From the NCBI GenBank assembly GCA_964016885.1, contig OZ024740.1, forward strand, positions 315,766,001 through 315,830,000: DNA of 64,000 nt, in the 5' to 3' direction. The notes below the pieces were generated by a model that had not been told where the DNA came from, did not search any database, and worked only from the letters and a program-made list of their open reading frames with translations. Source of the stretch: Eledone cirrhosa. Lineage: Eukaryota. The stretch's first letter is position 1, and the number at the start of each line of letters is the position of its first letter. Shown in pieces: positions 1-14,549 of this stretch. Made by a program: the position numbers and the translations under genes.

Positions 1-1939
1 GTGGCACCAACACTACCAGTTTACAAAGTGGTCTAGGTGCATTTTATCATAGTACCAGCACTATCAGTTTACAGAGTGGACTGAGTGCATTTTATCATAG
101 TACCAGCATTACCACTTTACAGAGTGGACTGGGTGTACTAGCCTATTCTAATATAATGCATATTGTAGTGTTATATTTGACCTCTTCTAATTAACTCTTA
201 TCATCCTGTAATGATTTAGCAGAACATGTCTAAAAAATGTTTTTCTTAATTCAATTATTTATAGTATCCTTGCTAGAGGATAGATCAGTGAAAATTTAAA
301 GTATTAGAGTAAAAGATTTTAATTCTTATTGTGATGCAGTCATGATGCTGTATTGTATTTTCAAAAATGCCTAATTAATGCGGTTTCGTGTGGTACAGGA
401 TGTTATCAGTTAAATCTTGTTTCAAAACAAGAATCATAATTCTTTATGAGAAATCACACTTACTCTCAGGTCTTGAATAATATCTTTAGCCACCCTACTG
501 TGAAAGCTTTATTCATTACTGCAAGCATCATTAACCCTTTTGATATCAACCAGCCCAAAACTGCCTCTGTTTCTATAAAACAAAACCTTCCATTTTACAA
601 AAGTATTTATTTAATCTTTTTGATATTTTACAAAAGTATTTATTTAATCCTTTTGATATCAACTGGCCCAAAACTACTTGTGGTTCTATGAAACAAAACC
701 AGCCATTTTAAAAGGTTTAAATTAAAACCTTCCAACATAATTTTATATGAGAGAATTTCATGTTACCAATATCATCTTAATGAAATTATCATTTCTGTAA
801 ATACTTTCCAAATTCTTTATTAATTAAAATACAAAATATTTCATGAGAAATATAGTAATAAAATGGTTAAATAATCTATCATAATTTAACATAAGAACCT
901 TTTGTTAAATTATGCTACAAATACCATATTAATAAAGAAATAATAATTTTAGTAAATCCCTCCAAATTTTTTATTATTTCAAAAACAGTATTTATAAATA
1001 TTTTATTAAAAATACAACTGCAAAATGGTGAGGTTAATCTCTAACTTGCTGTATCCGGAAAGAACTCTCACCTCTTTCTGTTCAAACCGGCTGTAACTAT
1101 CCACTCATACTGATGTTAAGGTATTTTTCTCAAAATAAAAAATATCAAAATCTCATGTGAGATAATTATGTAAGGTAAAGCCTTTACTGTGAAAATATAA
1201 TAGTAAATATAGAGTAATGTAAATACTAAAGGATTAAAGTGTTTATATTCATTCCTAAACATCTCATCATATCATGTAAGAACTTTTTCCAAACACCAGC
1301 TTAATAATGGAAAAAGTTGATTACTATATATACTCGAATATAAGCCGTCACTATTTTATGTCTGACAAAAAATCCAAAACCACCCATTTATAAACTAAAG
1401 CAGCTCATCAACACATTGTTTAGATGGTGTATATAACCCCCCCCCCCGTTTTACCATCGGGGGGGGGGGGGGGGGGGCACATATTCTTTGGAAATCGATT
1501 CTGCATGAGCAAGACATCATCATCAGACCTCAACTTGCCTCAAATAGGACATTCTATCTAACCCATGCTAGTGTGGAAAATGGATGTTAAATGCTGATTA
1601 TGATGATACAGTATATGACTGAACCGCACCAAATTCTTGATTATTTTCAAATTTCTTTGAACATCAGAAACAATATATTTCATTGGAAATATGATAATAA
1701 AAGGGTCAATGGCTTTATGACATTTTTTTTTTTTTTGTGGGTGTGGTTCAAAATTCATATTAAGAAACATTTAAAGTTCTTTTACGGAACATAACATAAT
1801 TTTTTAAAAGCAGATACTATTTCTGTATATTGTAAGAGAAACTGAACGAATTCACATCAGAAAGAGGACCCAATCAAAACATTGTCTCAAAAAGTCCTGT
1901 CTAACTCATATGGAAAGTAGAGATGAGAACAACAACAAC

Positions 1940-1977
<38 letters not shown>

Positions 1978-2122
1978 CAGAGCATTCTCTGCAGTTAACT
2001 TTAACTCGTAACATCCTTTAATGATTTAGCAGAAACTTTCTATATATAAAATATTAGTTTGGTAATTGAAATCATCATCATCATTGTTTAATGACCATTT
2101 TCCATGCGAGCATGGGTTAAAG

Positions 2123-2418
2123 CAGAGGTTCTCAAACTTTTTGGGGTCACCCACCTCCCCCCGCTCATGAACACATAATACCCACAGTACCCCACCACCA
2201 CCAACCATATTTCCAGAGAGACCTGCCTACATGCAAATTCTAAATATATATACTATGTATAAATAAATATATATTTTTTATTCTACTATATTTATATATA
2301 ATATGTACCATTTGATATTTAATTTATTATATCATCTCTACCCCACTCTTAGGTCCACTGCCCCCTAGACCTTCTCAATGCCTCCTGGGAGCAGTAGCGC
2401 CCACTTTGAGAACTTTAG
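2123..2418. mobile_element. hAT (Charlie-like) MITE
   Basis: CAGAGGTTCTCAAACTT...CACTTTGAGAAC termini, nested in a TTAA-bounded element at 2001-2579 that is related to 191-414. Confidence 0.55.
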
Positions 2419-2819
2419 AGTGGGTTAGAGTAACTTTATTAGTAAATAGATTATTATAAAAATGTGCAGTATTAGACTAAAAAGTTTAAATTTTAATGTC
2501 ATGCAGTCAGTACTGTTTTTACTTTTCAAGAATGTCATGCTAATGCGGCTTCATGTGATACAGGACATCAAGAGTTAATAGGACACATTAATAATCAATC
2601 AAATAAAGAAAATGCACAAAAATAGACATGTTTTGCTAATGCTGCTTGGTATAGTGTAGAACATTAAGAGTTATTCCCATCCTACAACATATATGACTTC
2701 ATAACATTCCCCACTTCATAACTTGAAGTTAATAATATTTATTTATTCAAGAGTTGTGGATATCAGAGTTGGTAGAATCAGACAAAATAGTTTGCACCAT
2801 TTAGTTACATTCCTTTACA

Positions 2820-4100
2820 TCTTCTTCTTTGCATTACTGGTACTTTATTTTATTGACTCAGTAAGGATGAAAAATAAAGCAAACCTTGGCAGGATTTGAA
2901 CACAGAACATCAAGGGATGTAACTATATGCTGCAAAGCACGCTGTCTAATACTTCAATGAGACTGCCAATCCTCCACCCTGATTCAGAGTAAATAATAAG
3001 AATAACAGCTACAGATTTAGAAAGAATGAGATGTAGTTGATTGAAACAACATGCAGTATATTAAGTGATACTTCTTTGTGAAATGTTTCTATCAACTTTA
3101 GAAGTATGAAAGATGAAGACAACGACACCAATATTTGAAATAAAAAAAGTAAAAGACTTGTAACTAAATACTTCAGGAATTTAGTCTGGCACAGCATTAT
3201 TGCTGTCATTCACTATCATAATTTTAAATAATAATAATAATGGTTTCTGATTTAGGCACAAGGCCAGCAATTTTGAAGGGAAGAGGGAAGTTGATTAAAT
3301 CAACCCCAGTGCATTACTGATGCTTTATTTTATCGACCTCATAAGGACGAAAGGCAAAACTAACCTTGGTGGGATTTGAATTCAGAACATAAAGACTGTA
3401 ATAATAATGGTTTCTTATATAGGCACAAGGCCAGCAATTTTGGGGGAGGGGAAAGTTGATTAAATCGACCCAAGTGCATTACTGGTACTTTATTTTATCG
3501 ACCCCGTAAGGATGAAAGACAAAGCTAACCTCGGTGAGATTTTAACTCAGAACGTAAAGGGCCATAACTATGCTGCAAAGCACGGTGTCTGACGCTCTAC
3601 CAAGACTGCCAATCCATGAAATACTAAAAAATATGAAATATCAATCCATTAGATAATTGTTTCTACTTTTGGCACAAGGTCAGCAATTACCCAGTACATT
3701 ACTGGTACTTTATTTTATCGACCCCCGTAAGGATGAAAGGTAAAGTTAACCTCGGCGGGATTTGAACTCAGAATGGCAAGGGCCGTAACTCTATGCATCA
3801 AAGCATTATATAACATTTTGGGGGAGGGGAAAGTTGATTAAATCGACCCCAGTGCATATTACTGGTAATTCATTTTTTATCGACCCTGTAAGGATGAAAG
3901 ACAAAGCTAGATAATTGTTTCTACTTTAGGCACAAGGCCAGCAATTACCCAGTGCATTACTGGTACTTTATTTTATCGACCCCCGTAAGGATGAAAGGCA
4001 AAGTCAACCTCGGCGGGATTTGAACTCAGATCGTAAAGGGGCGTAACTATGCTGGAAAGCATGGCGTCCGACCCTCTACCGATACTGCCAATCCACCGAC
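2820..4100 (-). mobile_element. Cluster of about 6 full or partial tRNA-derived SINEs (Nin-domain-like)
   Basis: Repeated tttattttatcgaccccgtaaggatgaaaggcaaag..ggatttgaactc. The same family occurs at 13615-14005, 32110-32213, 32612-32720 and 52985-53092. Confidence 0.8.
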
Positions 4101-4138
4101 AAAGCTAGATAATGTTATATAATGGGAATTATAATATA

Positions 4139-4178
<40 letters not shown>

Positions 4179-4427
4179 TTCGATATGTTAGCAAGCAAAC
4201 AGCCTCATTATGATATGTGTTTTAGTCATCCTTTTGTTCAAGTGGTGGCAGAGAGAAACAATCAGCAATAATATTGTTCAAGATTGTGTCATACACTAGA
4301 ACTCTTGAGAATAAATAACATTCTCTAAAGTAAACATCGACTGATTAGCCTAATTTGCATACTGAGCAATTTTACGGCTGGCTTTGCTGAAAATTAAAAC
4401 CAAAATTAGTTTTCGCTCTAATATACC

Positions 4428-4500
<73 letters not shown>

Positions 4501-4599
4501 TTTTGCCAATCCTCCATATGCATTTCTAATAAAGAATTGTTCACAAATGTTTACATAACACCATTTATAGTTATATATATATATACACACACAGACACA

Positions 4600-6560
4600 T
4601 ATATATATATATATATATATACATGTATTATATATACATATAATATATATACATATATTATATATACATATAATATATATACATATATATATAAATATAA
4701 TATATATACATATATATATAAATATAATATATATACATATATATATAAATATAATATATATACATATATATATATATAAATATAATATATATACATATAT
4801 ATATATATAAATATAATATATATACATATATATATATATAAATATAATATATATACATATATATATATATAAATATAATATATATACATATATATATATA
4901 TAAATATAATATATATACATATATATATATATAAATATAATATATATACATATATATATATATAAATATAATATATATACATATATATATATAAATATAA
5001 TATATATACATATATAAATATAATATATATACATATATAAATATAATATATATACATATATATATATAAATATAATATATATACATATATATATATAAAT
5101 ATAATATATATACATATATATATATAAATATAATATATATACATATATATATATAAATATAATATATATACATATATATATATAAATATAATATATATAC
5201 ATATATATATATAAATATAATATATATACATATATATATAAATATAATATATATACATATATATATAAATATAATATATATACATATATATATAAATATA
5301 ATATATATACATATATATATAAATATAATATATATACATATATATATAAATATAATATATATACATATATATATAAATATAATATATATACATATATATA
5401 TAAATATAATATATATACATATATATATAAATATAATATATATACATATATATATAAATATAATATATATACATATATATATAAATATAATATATATACA
5501 TATATATATATAAATATAATATATATACATATATATATAAATATAATATATATACATATATATATATAAATATAATATATATACATATATATATATAAAT
5601 ATAATATATATACATATATATATATAAATATAATATATATACATATATATATAAATATAATATATATACATATATATATAAATATAATTTATATACATAT
5701 ATATATAAATATAATTTATATACATATATATATAAATATAATTTATATACATATATATATAAATATAATATATATACATATATATATAAATATAATATAT
5801 ATACATATATAAATATAATATATATACATATATATATAAATATAATATATATACATATATATATATAAATATAATATATATACATATATATAAATATAAT
5901 ATATATACATATATATATATATAAATATAATATATATACAAATATAATATATATACATATATATATATATAAATATAATATATATACAAATATAATATAT
6001 ATACATATATATATATAAATATAATATATATACATATATATATATAAATATAATATATATACATATATATATAAATATAATATATATACATATATATATA
6101 AATATAATATATATACATATATATATAAATATAATATATATACATATATATATAAATATAATATATATACATATATATATAAATATAATATATATACATA
6201 TATATATAAATATAATATATATACATATATATATAAATATAATATATATACATATATATATAAATATAATATATATACATATATAAATACATATATATAT
6301 AAATATAATATATATACATATATATATAAATATAATATATATACATATATAAATACATATATATATAAATATAATATATATACATATATATATAAATATA
6401 ATATATATACATAAATATAATATATATACTTATACATATATATACATATAATATATATACTTATACATATAATATATATACTTATACATATATATACTTA
6501 TACATATAATATATATACTTATACATATATATACTTATACATATATATACATCCACATAT
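4600..6560. repeat. AT-only minisatellite, about 27-31-bp unit CATATATATATAAATATAATATATATA
   Basis: About 1.9 kb of tandem copies differing in TA count. It explains all the YIYI ORFs in this region. Confidence 0.95.
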
Positions 6561-6964
6561 ACACATATATATATACATACACATACATATGCATACATGT
6601 ACACACACATACATATGTACGTACACACAGAGATCTTTTGCAGCAGACAATGAGGTTCTGCGACTGAAATGTTCACAGCATTACAATCTGGCACTAAAAG
6701 CATGCATGTTTTTTCAGTGGGGGTAAGTAATCGTGTGAATGTATGTGGGAGGTGAACATTGAAATAACTCAGACAAATTTCTTGAAACACAGAATATTAT
6801 CTGAAGACAGTAGATGTGAAGTATAAGTTAAAAATAAATGCTGTTGTCACCATTTTTAATTTTTTTATAAAAAAAAAAAACTACCGACACTAACAACAAC
6901 ATGAATCAATGAGAGAATCTTTATGGGGTTGATTGATTTACTATAAATAGCATTAAAATTACCC

Positions 6965-7179
6965 TTAACCCTTTAGCATTTACATTACTCTATATTTACT
7001 ATTATATTTTTGCAGTAAAGGCTTTACCTCACATAATATCTTATCTGTGAGATGTCAATATTATTTATTTTGAGAACAATACCTTAATGTTGGATGAGCA
7101 GCCAATTACGGCCGGTTTGAACAGAAGGTGATGAGAGAATTCTGGTCGGATATGTCCGGTTTAATTGCTAAAGGGTTAA
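6965..7179. mobile_element. piggyBac-type MITE
   Basis: TTAA-CCCTTTAGCA...TGCTAAAGGG-TTAA. Related copies lie at about 1050-1237, 8159-8384, 42720-42920 and 49363-49571. Confidence 0.8.
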
Positions 7180-7209
7180 ATCATACTCAACCACATTTAA
7201 ATATGAAAT

Positions 7210-7560
7210 AACACATGCAATGTAAATGCAGAACTTGGATGAACTGAGGGAGAAACTTGATTTAAGAGGAATCCAAAGTGATGTGCAAGAGGAAAGACTA
7301 TGTTGGTATGGACATGTGATGCGCATATATAGATGATTGCTAGGTGAAGAAGTGCCAGGAAATCCCAGTGGAAGGAAGCCACAGTAGAGGTAGACCAAGG
7401 AAGTCCTGGCCAGAGGTGGTGAGAGCTGATCTCAAATCACTGAGACTCACAGAGGAGATGACGAAGGAACGTGGCAAATGGAGAGATGCTGTGCTGAGGA
7501 CATGTCCAATCCATGCAAGCAGAGAAAAATGGACATAAAAATGACAATCATGATGATGAC
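7210..7560 (+). mobile_element. Old RTE LINE 3' fragment
   Basis: Degenerate RLCWYGHVMR and SRGRPRKSWPEVV, ending in a GAT-like tail. Confidence 0.8.
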
Positions 7561-9137
7561 ATTCAATTATGTAGACCTGGATTCAGCATTCCTGAAATCA
7601 AGGTGGTATAGTCATGGATGGAAATATTTTGATGATAGGTCTATTAAATATGAGCTAACTTGAAGTTAATCAATGACAACCACATCACATTATCACAATA
7701 TACCATCATATACATTTATCAATACTGCCACAATTATAAATATAAGGTAATAATGTTGGTGTCACAATAAAAAGCTCCTAGTCCACCCAGTAAGGTGGTA
7801 GTGGTGGTGCCATGATAAAAAAAAAAACACCTAATCCACCCAGTAGGGTGGTAATACTGATGCCACAATAGAAAGCACTTAATCCATCCAGTAGAGTGAT
7901 AATGCTGATGCCACAATAAAATGCACTCAGTTCTCCCAGTAAGGTGCCACAATAAAACGCACTCAGTCCACCTTGTAAGGTGGTAGTGCAAGAGTCACAA
8001 TAAAATGCATCCAACATATGATGTAAAGTGTTTGGCATTATGAAGGGCATCCAAACATAGAAACCAAGCCAAAAACTGAGTGTATGGGCAAAAGATGACC
8101 AGTCTGTCCTCATTATGGGACAGCCCATCTAACCTATGTAGGCATGGAAAATAGAGGTTTAACCCTTTACCATTTACATTACTCTATATTTACTATCGCA
8201 TTTTCACAGTAAAGGCTTTATTTTACATAATTATCTCACATAATATTGAATCTATGAGATTTTGATATTTATTTTGAGAACAATACCTTAACATAAGTAT
8301 GAGTGGCTGGTCACAGCTGGTTTGAACAGAAAGAGGTGAGAGAGTTCTGGTCGGATGTGGCCATTTGAAATGCTAAAGGTTTAATGGTAACGAAGGTGAT
8401 GGTAATGATGATAATGATAGTAGTAATGATAATGATGGTAATGATGGTGTTGGTAATGGTGATAGTGATGGTAGTGATGATGATAGTGATGATGATAGTG
8501 ACTACTAAAAAATATAAATTTTCATCATATCTTTAATAGACAAGATGTTTCTTTTTTTAAAACTCAGTTAAGCTACATAAATTGTGTAGTCGGTCAATTA
8601 GTAGTAATACTGATTAGTTTTGAATATCTATTTCTACTATATGAGATATAATTAGGCCACAAATAGATGCCATATTACAGTGAAATTTAATATACAAAAC
8701 CATTAAGTATTAGTCACTGGGGTTTTCAAAGAAGAATTATAGATGTACTGAAATTAGCTTAAAACAACATTACTTGTTAGATTTTTTTTTGCGTTTCTTA
8801 CAATGACATGAGAAAATATGGCTGTCACTCAATGATCGTGTGATCCGATTCATTTTGGATGCCAAGAAACTAATTTAAGTGCATATAATATTTTTATTTT
8901 AAATTAAATTCTCTAAATATTGTTGAATATTTTAGAATGTTTATTTTCAGTTATATGTTGTTTTGGGGGAGGGAGGCGGGGGGTTGTTGTTGTGTCAAAT
9001 GAACATAAAGGTTTTTGTTCTTGACTGAAATTTGAACTTAATTCTTTAATAAAGGAATGACATTTTAAATAAAGAAACTAAATGTAATATATCTTTTCTC
9101 TTTTCTACATAAATTCAACATTTGATGACACAGAATA

Positions 9138-9331
9138 TACCATATATACTCGAATATAACTGCCCCCTATTTTATGTCTGAGAAATAGGCAAAAAATCCA
9201 AACCCCGTTTATAAATCAAGGTAGCTAATCAACACGTTTAAATAACATATATAAGCTAAACCCCCCACCCCATTTTACCATCAATTTGGGGGGTTACATG
9301 CTCCTTGGCTTATATTCAAGTATATATGGTA
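9138..9331. mobile_element. pogo/Tc2-like MITE
   Basis: TA-CCATATATACTCGAATATAA...TTATATTCAAGTATATATGG-TA. A partial copy lies at 1323-1480. Confidence 0.7.
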
Positions 9332-10151
9332 GGTCTTTAACAAATTAAATGGCCATGCAGCAGTTCCCTCAGCTCCCCAGTTGCTTCATATATCAGAAAA
9401 TAAAACTGTTGTATTGTCTGTACTTCCAGGAAGTCTACTAGGAAACCACTTGAAAGAGGAATTAAGCCCTTGTTCATAGTGTATCTAGAGTTATCTTGAA
9501 AGAAAGCAGCATATGCCTGGAAAATATCTATTGCTACTAAAATAATTGTTTGTGCATTAAGTCAGTCAAGATGATTTATAATGTCAAGTTGTCTTACTCT
9601 ATGTAGTAAACCTTTTATGTTTTTTTCTATCATTGTCGTTTTAATATCCACTTTCCCTGCTAGCAAGGTTTGGACCTTTCAATTTGCACAAAAATTGGTT
9701 CTCATCACTATGGCTTTAACTATATTATAACCATGACGAAGGAAGAGAGGCACAAATATGGCTGTGTGGTTTCAATCTACTGCATCGTAGTGAAAGCCTC
9801 TTCTACTATAAGGCTGAGTCAAACTAAACAATTCTGATTAAAATTTGGTAGGAGATATCATCATCATTATCCTTTTAATGTCTGCTTTGCCTGGTAGCAA
9901 CGGTTAAATGGGTCTACATAGACCAAGTCAGTACTGAAGCGGTGGCTACTAATCTCCCAGACAAGCCAGGGATCTGTCATCTCACTTATGTATGGTCTCA
10001 GCTTTCAGCAAGTGCACAGGGGAGGTTGTCATGTCTTTGTGTCAAAAATATGAGAAGCTCCTTAGTGCTGGAGCCACAATAAAATGCATCCTTCTAACCT
10101 TTGCTAGCAGAGAAAATAATGATGCTTGATGATACATATATCATTATATAT

Positions 10152-10224
<73 letters not shown>

Positions 10225-10367
10225 ACACACATATACATACACATAAAGGCAGCAAATTGGCAGAGTGGTATTTATTCCAGTTCTCTGAGTTTAAATCCCA
10301 CCTCCATCAGGAGTTACAACCATACCATACCATACCATACACACACACACATATATATATATATATA

Positions 10368-11085
10368 CTAGCTAAACTACCCGTCCTTTAGACGATTCAA
10401 GTAGCTTTTGATGTAGCTCATTAAACTAAACAAAGTAAATTTGAATACATAGAAGAAAAACGTACTTTATGTAAACATGAAAACCTTAGGCACTATTCCA
10501 GCGAAATAATTAATATGTGAGCTCGGTGTCATCCGTTATACCATGTAACAACAGAAATCCAGTCTAGGTATAAATTTTTTTGACAACAGTAAAAGCGTAT
10601 CATGAAATAGAGAAGTGAAGTGAATAATAGACACTATTATGTACAAAGCATAATATTGTAAAAGTTATGACATCACTTAATGTATGAACATCAAGCTTGA
10701 AACGATAAATTATACAATGTCAAATCTATAACTTAACTTAGTAATCTGTTAGAAATTGCTGGTTGTGAAATATACAAAATGATATTGTTAGTCACAAGGA
10801 AGCATACCTTTTGTTTCAAGTACAAAGACTAAATTAAAATCCGAATGAGCCAAATTACGAAAGATAACTCTTGTCTTACTTAATCACGAAAATTGACACA
10901 AATAACCGAAACTTTTTTAATGTCTCCAAAGGCCCCAATATCGATTTTTGAAAGCCTTTGTAGATCATGTACAGGTTTTGGGCAAGGAGAAGCTCTGTAA
11001 AAAATTTCAAAGAAATCGCATGAATGGTTTAGAATATATGAGCCCTCATTAAAAATTGTCCACACACACACATACAGAAATATAT
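10368..11085 (-). mobile_element. Non-autonomous Helitron-like element
   Basis: A|CTAG followed by a cgtc..gacg hairpin (the minus-strand 3' end). The other end resembles the 62 kb Helitron. Confidence 0.55.
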
Positions 11086-11314
11086 CCAGGGAGTGTAACT
11101 TGGAGTTACTGTAGGTTCACTCGGGTGAGCACTCGATGTTTAGGTTCACTTCAGTGTCGAGGTGTAGAGCTAGACAGAGTGTATTATAGTGAAATATGAT
11201 GACAAGGACAATTGGTTACTCCTTCATTACGTTTTGAGCTGATCAGTGGCGAAACGCACGTCACCAACCAATAAACGTAATGAAGGAGTAACCAAAAGTC
11301 CTTGTTATCTTATT

Positions 11315-11356
<42 letters not shown>

Positions 11357-11426
11357 TTGGTTCACATTTCGATAACTCATCTAACCCATGCTAGCGAGGA
11401 GGAATGAACGTTAAATGGTAATGATG

Positions 11427-11467
<41 letters not shown>

Positions 11468-12430
11468 ATTAACGTCTTGTTATTCTGGAGTTTCACCACT
11501 GCATGAAAGTTTTGACAGTCAAAATGTCTGATGACCCTGTAAACAAACAGGTGAAACACCTAAGTAATGGGACATTGACTTGCCATTAATCTCTATTATG
11601 ATATTGCATATTCATTTTCACAACTGCCAATACTAAAGAGAATAGATACACCATATCCTTGTGTGTCATAAGAAATGACTAAATAGGTTGGTGTCAGCAA
11701 GGACATCCAGCTGTAGAAGATATATATCGGCCCACAATATAAAGTGGTCGTGCAGGTGTCACTGCAAAAGCATGCTGTACTCACTGTAAATGAAGTTGGC
11801 ACTAGGAAGGGCATCCAGCTGTAGAAACCAAGCCCAAATCAGTTCTGTATGAGTATGGCATGATCACCTGACCTAGCATTGCTCACAACAGGGTAACTCG
11901 TCTAACCTATGGTGACGTGGAAAAATGGACGTTAAACAGTGATGATGATGATATATATCATCATCATCATCATCGTTTAACGTCCATCTTCCACGCTTGC
12001 ATGGGTTTGAACGGGAGTTTTCCCACTTGAGGCAAGAGTGGTTGTCTTGCTCGCATAAGACTGTCTGGCGGGTTTTCTACGGCTGGATGCCCTTCCTAAC
12101 ACCAACCACATTTACAGTGTGGCCTGGGAGGTTTTTACCATGTTACCTACACGGCCACATTAAATATATATATATATATATATATTCATTTTATTATAGA
12201 AATGACTTCTACATGACTAGAACTGTTCCATTCATTCATTAGGAATGAAACAGTTCTAATCATGTAGAAGTCATTTCTATAATAAAATGAATATACCTAT
12301 ACTCTACTAACGAATTGATTACCTTTTTTGACAGTGGGATTGGCTCCCAATTTACATTGGGATCCTATATAGATATGTATGTATATATGTGTATATATAT
12401 ATATAGAGTATATACAAATATGTGTATGAG

Positions 12431-12495
<65 letters not shown>

Positions 12496-14549
12496 CACAA
12501 AGGTAAATATTAAGGTAAATATAGAGCTATACCATTAATATTTCAAGCTCAATGTAATTTCACAATCAGCAAGATAAGATGAATATTCTCGTCACTGATA
12601 TAATCTCTAAAAGTATTTAACAATCAAACGTCATGTAAGTAACTCAACCAAGCAGTATAAATGTGGTTGCACAGAGAGTATGATAATGCAGAAAAGCAGC
12701 AATGAATAATTTTATTAATTTCTTTCTCTCTTTCATTTTCTCTTAGGTCGATATTATGACATTGTTATTTAAAACTTAGTCATTTTTAATGATTGTTAAC
12801 AGCGATGTACTATCATACATCATGCTATTGCTGGGATATAAGGATGGTATTTTATGGACATTGCTTCTTTAATCACTTCTACCTTCTCTGAAGACACAAT
12901 AATGAACAGAATATTTAATTATTTGAATCAGTACTCAGATTTTGTGTAATGATATATAAATACATCATCATTATAATTATATGGAGCTTTAACATGGTTT
13001 TTTACTGTTGTATTTTTTTCATTTAATTTTGTAGAAACATGTGTCAGAAAAATAAAATGGCTTAATTTTTCATCTTTTCTGCATTATATTAATGGCAGAA
13101 TCAGTGTCTCAAACAAGAAATGGTTCAGAGGTCATATCCCACCTTCTGTTACTTGGAAAATGGTGGCATAACAGGTCTAGGACTCCTATCATTCACAAAA
13201 CACTCACAAAACATCCTATGAGATGCAACCTTATAGGAGGCTGGTTAAACTTACACAAGTGTCAGTCGTTACAATGTTCAACATGTCATTCTCCTTTGTA
13301 TATCGTGTAACTTGAGAGAGATTTGATTTCCATTTCTAGCCATTAAAGCGACTATGTAGAGGCTTCCTTGTTATTACACCTGGGGGGGGGGGGGGGGGGG
13401 TTATCAATGAATGTAAACAGGAGAGATGATATGCAAGATTCTTTATGGATTCCTCAAGCAATCAACCATCTAAATTCAAACCAATCTGGATATTGTATCA
13501 AACTCTGACGTTTATTATCATTGTTGGATTGATTTCCTTGAAAAACTCTCTTAAAAAGTCAAAACGTGCTTCCATTGAAAGTTGGTGATGTATTCTGTTG
13601 TCCATCAAGTAAACTTATCAATAATGGTTTCTGATTTAGGCACAAGGCCAGCAATTTGAAGGAGAGGGGAAAGTCAATTAAATCAACTCCAGTACATTAC
13701 TGAGCTTTATTTTATCGACCCCATAAGGATGAAAGGCAAAGCAAACTTCAGTAGGATTTGAACTCAGAACGTAAAGGGCCATAACATGGTGTCTGACAAA
13801 GCATGGTGTTTGACATTCTACCAATACTGTCAATTCGTTATCTTATCAATAATAGTTTCTGATTTAGACACACAACGTTTCATCCTTTGATGAAAGGTCG
13901 TGTGTCTAAATCAGCAGGATTTGAACTCAAACTGTAAAGGGCCGTAATTTTTCTATGTTGTGAAGCATTTGGTCTGACACTCTACCGATACTTCCAATCC
14001 GCTATCTTAACAATGTAGTTATGCTAGAGATCCTCCTCAGTAAGCTGGATAGGAAAGAACATGAATTTGTACAAACAAGCTGGATCTTGAATTGATTGAT
14101 ATCTCACACTGACATATATATAGCGTAATGACAGAATAACGATTTGTGTTGGCTAAACCCAGAATTTGTCTCCTATTATTGATGGTCGCTTGTTCAGTTT
14201 TCTTCTACGAAATGTAACGTACATATCCATTTCTTCTCAACTCTCCACATTCGGTTCATTCATCTATATATCTTACAATCCCCCAGAATCAAAAAATCGT
14301 ATTCAAAATTGGCTTTCTATAATTCTGTTCTTTCTCACCGTTGTTCTAAAAATAATTCTGCTCCTCGCAAACTACCCCATACCCCTTCCTCCCGCCCCCA
14401 CTCTCCAACTTATTATTTGGACCAATCACAAGTAAACGATCTATGCTAGCTCTTCTGGTTGCTTTTTCGATATGATGGATGAACTAGGGAATTTCTGGAG
14501 AGTCAGAAGAATCTGGACACCCGAAGACAATGCAAAAGATAACGACAAA

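Noticed and set aside
4498-6437. Long ORFs of 362-628 aa rich in Y/I/M/C
   Set aside because: They are translations of an AT minisatellite that lacks stops on one strand. The same applies to the ORFs at 24.6-25.4, 38.5 and 63.0 kb.
6643-6722. Possible plus-strand exon (ttttgcag...GG|GTAAGT) encoding DNEVLRLKCSQHYNLALKACMFFQW
   Set aside because: There is no recognisable homology, a poor pyrimidine tract next to a microsatellite, and no partner exons.
9337-9517. Minus-strand 59-codon open frame after ttttccag
   Set aside because: It has no recognisable motif or convincing donor and is compatible with chance.
12748-12773. Strong plus-strand acceptor followed by RYYDIVI-stop
   Set aside because: It is too short to support without transcript data.
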